Below are positions 26,833-32,345 of a stretch of DNA of 32,345 nucleotides, piece by piece (the first letter of the stretch is position 1; each line of letters begins with the position of its first letter). Origin of the DNA: Candidatus Firestoneibacteriota bacterium. GTDB lineage: Bacteria > Oederibacteriota > D2-FULL-39-29 > JBDRBU01. The position numbers were made by a program, and so were the translations under genes. The notes under the pieces were generated by a model. It had not been told where the DNA came from, ran no database searches, and saw only the letters and a program-made list of their open reading frames with translations. The stretch is taken from positions 1-32,345 of the forward strand of contig JBDRBU010000077.1 of the NCBI GenBank assembly GCA_043822305.1, written 5' to 3'.

Positions 26833-28316
26833 AACTTTCCTTGTACTGTTAAAAATCTTTGATAACCTTCTTCCCATTGAGATTCATCCTGTGGTTCATA
26901 GATTACATTATCAAATGAATCTTTAACTATATTTCTTGCATCAATAAGTGTAGAAATTTCGCATTCTGCTACCATTTGCATTAAAATATTTCCTATTGCT
27001 GTTGCCTCAATTGGACCAGCAATAACAGGCATAGTAGCAGCATTAGCCGTAAACTGACATAAAAGTTTATTTTGAACACCTCCTCCAACTATATGCAATA
27101 CTCTTATTTTCCTCTTAGTTAATTTATTTAAATCATCTATAACTTTTTTATATGTAAAAGATAGACTCTCAAAAATACATCTTACGACTAAAGCCATGTC
27201 GTAAGGTACCGGTTGGTTAGTATAATTACAGTAATTTTTTATAGCCATTGTCATATTAGGAGGATTAAGGAAAGAATCATGATTCGGATCTATAAAACTT
27301 CTTAATCGCTTAGCTTTTTTTGCTAAATTTACTAACTTCTTATAAGAGATTTCTTCACTTTTTTCTTCCTGCCATTCTTTTCTACATCGTTGCAGTAACC
27401 AAAGTCCCATTATATTCTTTAAAAATCTATATGTTCCAAATGCTCCTCCTTCATTTGTAAAATTAAGTTCATAAGATTCTTTATTAATTATTGGTTCTTT
27501 AATCTCAACACCTAAAAGAGACCATGTTCCCGAACTTAAATAAGCCCAGTTTTCGTTATAAGTTGACGGCACAGATACAACTGCTGAACCTGTATCATGA
27601 GATGCAGGAGCACAAACTTTCACATTAGTTAAACTAGTTTCATTAGAAATTGATTTTAGTAAATTTCCTATCTTTATACCAGGGAAAATTACATCTGGCA
27701 TTATATGAGTTGGAATTTTCATCTTTCTAAGTAAATCTTTAGCCCATGTTTTTTTATCTGGAGAGAACATCTGTGTTGTTGTAGCATCTGTCCATTCACA
27801 TAATTTTTCACCAGTAAAGAAATAGTTAAATAAATCTGGAATCATTAAAAATTTCTTTGAAACCTTAAGAAGTGGAGAATCAGTAATTACAAGAGAAAGA
27901 AGTTGGTATAAAGTATTGATCTGCATAACTTGTATCCCAGTCTTTTTATATATTTCATATTTAGATACTTGTTTAAAAGCTTCTTTTAGTATTCCATTAG
28001 TGCGTTTATCTCTGTAATGAACTGGATTAGATAGTAAATTGCCATCTTTCCCAATTAACCCAAAATCAACTCCCCATGTATCCACTCCAATACTTTCCAA
28101 ATTGTTGCCATATTTTGATTTAAACATTTTTAAGGAATTTTTCATCTCTTTAAAAAGAGACAAAATATCCCAATATAAGGTATCGCCTAACATTTGAGGC
28201 TCATTCTTAAAACGGTGTAAGACTTCCAACCTTAGACTTTTGCCGTTAAAAAATCCAATAACTGCTCTACCGCTTTCAGCACCTAAATCAAACGCTAAAT
28301 ATTTTTTTTCTTTCAT
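26826..28316 (-). CDS. rhaB: Rhamnulokinase-like FGGY carbohydrate kinase
   Basis: AFDLGAESGR, GVDTWGVDF, HDTGSAV, SSGTWSL, FTNEGG, KNIMGLW, GPIEATAIGN; substrate not proven. Confidence 0.85.
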   Translation of the reverse strand: MKEKKYLAFDLGAESGRAVIGFFNGKSLRLEVLHRFKNEPQMLGDTLYWDILSLFKEMKNSLKMFKSKYGNNLESIGVDTWGVDFGLIGKDGNLLSNPVHYRDKRTNGILKEAFKQVSKYEIYKKTGIQVMQINTLYQLLSLVITDSPLLKVSKKFLMIPDLFNYFFTGEKLCEWTDATTTQMFSPDKKTWAKDLLRKMKIPTHIMPDVIFPGIKIGNLLKSISNETSLTNVKVCAPASHDTGSAVVSVPSTYNENWAYLSSGTWSLLGVEIKEPIINKESYELNFTNEGGAFGTYRFLKNIMGLWLLQRCRKEWQEEKSEEISYKKLVNLAKKAKRLRSFIDPNHDSFLNPPNMTMAIKNYCNYTNQPVPYDMALVVRCIFESLSFTYKKVIDDLNKLTKRKIRVLHIVGGGVQNKLLCQFTANAATMPVIAGPIEATAIGNILMQMVAECEISTLIDARNIVKDSFDNVIYEPQDESQWEEGYQRFLTVQGKLK

Positions 28317-28326
28317 AAAATATCAT

Positions 28327-28349
28327 AAAATAGGGACAGGTACTATTTT
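28327..28349. repeat. AAAATAGGGACAG palindrome, copy 2
   Basis: aaaatag-ggacaggta-ctatttt; first 13 nt identical to copy 1. Confidence 0.6.
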
Positions 28350-28355
28350 TTTTAT

Positions 28356-28372
28356 TCTGGTGCGTGGGTAAA
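28356..28372 (+). repeat. Right half of a GTAAACCCCG element
   Basis: tctggtgcgtgggtaaa; tggtgcgtgggtaaa is identical to the murF copy. Confidence 0.7.
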
Positions 28373-28403
28373 TCATGAAATTTTCGAACTGGTGAAATAT
28401 ATT

Positions 28404-28580
28404 CTAATCTTTCCTTGATTCAGATTTTTTGTCTTCGATAGAATCGTCTTTCATTGCTTTTTTAAATTCTTTTATGCTCTTACCTATAGCCGAACCAATC
28501 TCTGGAAGTTTTCCAGCTCCAAATATTATCAAGGCAATAACAAGTACTATTATTAACTCTGGAACTCCTATGTTACCCAT
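28404..28580 (-). CDS. tatA: Twin-arginine translocase subunit TatA/TatE (58 aa, absent from the ORF track)
   Basis: Manual translation [59 protein letters not shown]-rich SD. Confidence 0.95.
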   Translation of the reverse strand: MGNIGVPELIIVLVIALIIFGAGKLPEIGSAIGKSIKEFKKAMKDDSIEDKKSESRKD

Positions 28581-28600
28581 TTTACACCCCCTGTATAAAT

Positions 28601-28663
28601 CACGCAGGCTAACCCTGTACCACTCGTTATACTCGAATACAGGACTACAGAACCTGCGACTAC
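28601..28663 (-). repeat. GTAG REP-like element with a ~38-bp hairpin inserted in its loop
   Basis: cacgcaggctaa...aacctgcgactac; inner stem cctgta/tacagg. Confidence 0.75.
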
Positions 28664-28669
28664 AAACGA

Positions 28670-29839
28670 CTACAAACTTTTTACAAACTTGTTTATTCTT
28701 TTTACTGCTTCTTTTATGTTTTCGTTTGAATTTGCAAAACAGAATCTAACAAAACCTTCCCCGCTATTTCCAAAAGAAGAACCAGGTACTGCCGAAACAC
28801 CTGCTTCTTTAATCATTTTAATTACAAAATCTTCGGATTTCATATTTAATTTTGAAATGTTTGCAAAAGCATAAAATGCACCCTGGGGTTTTATACAGGA
28901 TATTTTTCCAATGCTATTTAATCCATCAACTAATATATCTCCTCTTAATCTATATGCATCAACCATTTCTTTCACACAATCCTGAGGACCATTTAAGGCG
29001 GATAAAGCTGCTTTTTGAACTATTGAAGTAACATGAGTAACGGTATAAAGACTAACTTTCCTTAACTCCTTTGTAATTTCGGAAGATGCAGATACAAAAC
29101 CTACTCTCCAGCCGGTCATGGCATATGTTTTAGAAAAAGTAAACTGACTAATGACTAAATCTCTCATACCGGGCAAACTCCCTAGACTTATATGTTTTTT
29201 ATCCCCTAAAATCAACTTCTCGTAAGACTCATCGGAAAATATAAAAATATTATTCTCTCTTGCAATTTTGGCTATACCTTTTAGATTCTCTTCAGACATT
29301 ACTCCACCGGTAGGATTATTCGGACTATTTATAATTATTGCTTTTGTTTTTTTAGTTATTTTATCCTGTATCTCTTCTGGCATTATGTTAAATCCATTTT
29401 TTTCTTTCAAGGTAACAAAAATTGGCTTTGCATTAAGTATTCCTAAAACACCCAAATAAGCTGGCCAAGCAGGGTCAGAAATTATTACCTCATCATCTGG
29501 ACTTAAAATCGTTTGAAGTGCAGAAAATATTGCCCCTATTCCTCCTACTGTTACCGTAATTTCAGTTTCAAAGTTATACTCCATATTATTTTCTTTTTTT
29601 AATTTTTCTGCTATGGCCTTTCTTAATTCTACAATACCTGGGACGGCTGTATAATGAGTAAACCCTTCGTTTAAAGCCTTAACGGCTGCATCTTTAATAT
29701 GCTTTGGTGTATCAAAGTCTGGCTCACCTAAATCAAGTCGGACAACATCCTTCATTTGCAAAGTTAACTCTGAAATCTTTCTTATACCCGATAATGGAGC
29801 ATTTATTACATTCGGATTTAATTTAGATTTTATATCCAC
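28670..29839 (-). CDS. PLP-dependent class I/II aminotransferase (aspartate aminotransferase-like)
   Basis: [48 protein letters not shown] start with SD GGAGG. Confidence 0.95.
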   Translation of the reverse strand: MDIKSKLNPNVINAPLSGIRKISELTLQMKDVVRLDLGEPDFDTPKHIKDAAVKALNEGFTHYTAVPGIVELRKAIAEKLKKENNMEYNFETEITVTVGGIGAIFSALQTILSPDDEVIISDPAWPAYLGVLGILNAKPIFVTLKEKNGFNIMPEEIQDKITKKTKAIIINSPNNPTGGVMSEENLKGIAKIARENNIFIFSDESYEKLILGDKKHISLGSLPGMRDLVISQFTFSKTYAMTGWRVGFVSASSEITKELRKVSLYTVTHVTSIVQKAALSALNGPQDCVKEMVDAYRLRGDILVDGLNSIGKISCIKPQGAFYAFANISKLNMKSEDFVIKMIKEAGVSAVPGSSFGNSGEGFVRFCFANSNENIKEAVKRINKFVKSL

Positions 29840-29854
29840 TTTCTCCTCCAGTAT

Positions 29855-31078
29855 TTATTCAACAACACTACCTAATTCAAACATAGGCATAAACATGGCA
29901 ATAACTATAGATCCTATGACTACACCCATAAAGGCAATGAGTAGTGGTTCGATCATAGAAGTTAAGCCTGAAATAGCCGTATCAACTTCATCATCATAAA
30001 AATCAGCAGATTTTACTAACATATCGTCTATAGTTCCTGTCTCTTCTCCTACAGAAACCATCTGTGTAACCATTGGAGGAAATATCCCGGATGCTTTTAG
30101 CGGTTCTGTAATATTTTCCCCTTCTTTAATACTGGAACGTACTTTCATAATTGCTTCTTCTATGACCAAATTACCTGCTGTCTTCGCGGTAATATCCAGG
30201 GCTTCTAATATAGGAACACCACTTTTAATTAATGTCCCTAATGTTCGAGCAAATTTAGCAATAGCAACTTTCTTAATTAAAATACCAAACATAGGAAGTT
30301 TAAGTTGTATCGAATTCCACATTAATTTTCCTTTTTTAGTATTTAAAAATTTCTTTAACGCAATAATTCCTCCAATTATTACAACTATTTCAATAAATAT
30401 CTGAGGTGGCAAAAAGACCTCTCTCATAATATCACTTATAGCAAGTAAAATCTTTGTTGGTAAAGGTAATTCTTTTCCAAAACTTTCAAATACTGTTTTA
30501 AATGTAGGAATAACAAAAACCATTAAAAATACAGTAACAGCAATTGCTATTGAAGATACAACCATAGGGTACATCATCGCTGATTTAACTTTCCTTTTTA
30601 ATGAATCCGCTTTTTCTAAATAACCCGATAATCTTTGTAGTATTCCATCTAAAATACCGGCAGCTTCACCTGCTTTTACCATGTTAACAAACAAATTTGA
30701 AAATACATTTGGATGTTTTGCGAGAGCATCGGTTAAAGTAGAACCACCTCCTATATCATCTCTTATCTTAGCCACTACCTCTTTTAAGGTTTTATTCTCA
30801 ACTTGGTCATGGATTATATTTAAACTTTGCAGTACTGGCACTCCAGCACTAATCATAGTAGAAAACTGCCTACAAAATACACTTAAATCCTTTATGGTAA
30901 CCTTACTACCCTTAAAAAATGGAAGTCTAAACCCTTTCTTCTTTTCTAAACTAGCTGAAAGTAATGTTATCTTCTGTCCCCTTAATTTTGCGGCTAAAAC
31001 TCTCTCACTTTCCGCATCCATAGTTCCTGTGACAACCGCTCCTGTTAAAGATTTCGCTTTGTAACTAAATAAAGCCAT
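29855..31078 (-). CDS. pilC: Type IV pilus inner-membrane platform protein PilC (GspF family)
   Basis: FCRQFSTMISAGVP, AGEAAG, SAMMYP, VGEETG, MIEP, MFMPMF; adjacent to pilT. Confidence 0.93.
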   Translation of the reverse strand: MALFSYKAKSLTGAVVTGTMDAESERVLAAKLRGQKITLLSASLEKKKGFRLPFFKGSKVTIKDLSVFCRQFSTMISAGVPVLQSLNIIHDQVENKTLKEVVAKIRDDIGGGSTLTDALAKHPNVFSNLFVNMVKAGEAAGILDGILQRLSGYLEKADSLKRKVKSAMMYPMVVSSIAIAVTVFLMVFVIPTFKTVFESFGKELPLPTKILLAISDIMREVFLPPQIFIEIVVIIGGIIALKKFLNTKKGKLMWNSIQLKLPMFGILIKKVAIAKFARTLGTLIKSGVPILEALDITAKTAGNLVIEEAIMKVRSSIKEGENITEPLKASGIFPPMVTQMVSVGEETGTIDDMLVKSADFYDDEVDTAISGLTSMIEPLLIAFMGVVIGSIVIAMFMPMFELGSVVE

Positions 31079-31099
31079 ATTCTCCTCCAGTTTTTACTT

Positions 31100-32164
31100 T
31101 TATTCACCCTTTATCATTCTTTGCAAATCTTTAGAGTCTGTCGTACTTGATATAGATTCATTATAAGTAATAAGTTGCTTTTGATAAAGATTAAACAATG
31201 CCTGATTCATAGTTTGCATACCGGCCTCAGTTCCAGTCTGCATCACAGAATATATTTGGTGTATCTTATCTTCTCTGATTAAATTTCTGACGGCTGCATT
31301 GGGCATTAAAACTTCTATGGCCGCAATTCTTCCCCCAGAATATGCTCTTTGTAACAGCTGTTGAGAAATAATCGCCTGCAAAACAAACGATATCTGGGTT
31401 CTTACCTGCTGTTGCTGATATGGAGGGAAAACATCTATAATACGATTAATACTCTGAATAGCATCAGTGGTGTGTAATGTTGCAAAGACCAAATGTCCAG
31501 TTTCACTTATGGTCAAGGCAGCTTGAATAGTTTCTAAATCTCTCATCTCTCCTATAACTATTACATCCGGGTCCTGTCTTAATACACGTTTTAATGCACT
31601 TGCAAAAGTAGGTGTATCTACCCCTATTTCTCTCTGATTAATTATACAATTTTTATGAGTATATACATATTCAATTGGGTCCTCTATAGTAACAATATGA
31701 CCTTTCCTATCAGAATTTATAAAATCAATCATTGAAGCAATTGTCGTAGACTTTCCTGAACCCGTTGGTCCTGTTACAAGTACAAGTCCTTTTGGCATTT
31801 TAACTATGGTCGTGCTAACTACTTCAGGCAATCCAAGTTCCTCAAAAGTAAGGATTCTACTTGGAATATTTCTAAGCGAAGCGGCCACAGCACCTCTTTG
31901 TCTAAAAACATTCATTCTTATTCTTCCCAGACCTTTTACTCCAAAGGCTACATCTAATTCACTTTCTCTCTCAAATTTCTCTTTTTGTTCATCTGTTAAA
32001 ACACTATAAATAAGATTCTGGCATATTTCCGGAGACAACTTCTCTAATTCTGTTGGTATAATATCTCCATCTATCCTTAATACTGGAGGTGAACCTGCTG
32101 TTAGGTGCAAATCTGAAGCATTTTTTTCAAAAAGTAATCTCAATAAATCATTTATGGCCACCAT
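31100..32164 (-). CDS. pilT: Type IV pilus retraction ATPase PilT
   Basis: ASDLHL, Walker A GPTGSGKST, TIEDPIE, GEMRD, TGHLVFATLH, AVRNLIRE. Confidence 0.97.
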   Translation of the reverse strand: MVAINDLLRLLFEKNASDLHLTAGSPPVLRIDGDIIPTELEKLSPEICQNLIYSVLTDEQKEKFERESELDVAFGVKGLGRIRMNVFRQRGAVAASLRNIPSRILTFEELGLPEVVSTTIVKMPKGLVLVTGPTGSGKSTTIASMIDFINSDRKGHIVTIEDPIEYVYTHKNCIINQREIGVDTPTFASALKRVLRQDPDVIVIGEMRDLETIQAALTISETGHLVFATLHTTDAIQSINRIIDVFPPYQQQQVRTQISFVLQAIISQQLLQRAYSGGRIAAIEVLMPNAAVRNLIREDKIHQIYSVMQTGTEAGMQTMNQALFNLYQKQLITYNESISSTTDSKDLQRMIKGE

Positions 32165-32196
32165 TTTTCCCTCCTGAGTTTTTGTAAATATTCAGT

Positions 32197-32269
32197 AAAA
32201 AAAAAGGTTCTTCAGGTTTGATTGTAGAAAATTTATTTAATATTTCTACCTTTGCCTGAAGCCTCCTTT
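32197..32269 (-). terminator. Long interrupted hairpin followed by a T9 tract upstream of pilT (terminator-like)
   Basis: Stems CTTCAGG/CCTGAAG and GTAGAAA/TTTCTAC, then nine T on the minus strand. Confidence 0.5.
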
Positions 32270-32345
32270 AATTTGAATTTATCCTAATTTAAGGTTAGGA
32301 TATTGACCTTTTTACAGTTCAATTCTTCACTGTGTATTTTATCAC

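Noticed and set aside
3066..28663. Possible CRISPR array or integron attC cassette array from the repeated palindromes
   Set aside because: Repeats are dispersed rather than regularly spaced; no cas or integrase gene; flanking genes are core genes.
28429..28749. 106-aa plus-strand ORF
   Set aside because: Antisense shadow of tatA, the repeats and the aminotransferase end.
29841..31091. Identical 12-mer TTCTCCTCCAGT before the aminotransferase and pilC
   Set aside because: Explained mostly by a shared strong Shine-Dalgarno sequence.
1250..32009. Remaining short opposite-strand ORFs, e.g. 3976-4296, 18943-19368, 25735-26139, 30681-31064
   Set aside because: All overlap well-supported genes on the other strand and show shadow-type composition with no recognisable motifs.
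1..32345. Taxonomic assignment
   Set aside because: Low GC, DAP-type MurE, type IV pili and AOR suggest an anaerobic bacterium, but I cannot name a lineage without a search.

Overview
AT-rich bacterial chromosomal window, almost entirely on the minus strand. It holds a complete division/cell-wall (dcw) cluster (mraZ-rsmH-ftsL-ftsI-murE-murF-mraY-murD-ftsW-murG-murC-murB-ddl-ftsQ-ftsA-ftsZ), extended by a polysaccharide deacetylase, an amidase and pgeF. The remainder contains a Nudix hydrolase, the RNase P RNA gene (rnpB), a C4 zinc-ribbon protein, a transaldolase, an RHH/PIN toxin-antitoxin pair, a MoaD/ThiS protein, a class II aldolase, a tungsten-type aldehyde:ferredoxin oxidoreductase, a rhamnulokinase-like kinase, tatA (missed by the ORF track), an aminotransferase, pilC and pilT. 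The most striking unexplained signal is a dense population of tiny palindromic repeats. (1) A 27-30 bp GTAAACCCCG(C/T)ACC-loop-GGT(G/A)CG(T/A)GGGTAAA element with a duplicated GTAAA sits in frame inside three coding genes (ftsW, murF, moaD), read in three different frames, and possibly in RNase P RNA. (2) GTAG-footed REP-like hairpins sit at stop codons, and three of them carry a second hairpin inside their loop. (3) Several further palindrome families occur in spacers. No transposase is encoded in the window, so mobility is inferred, not shown.
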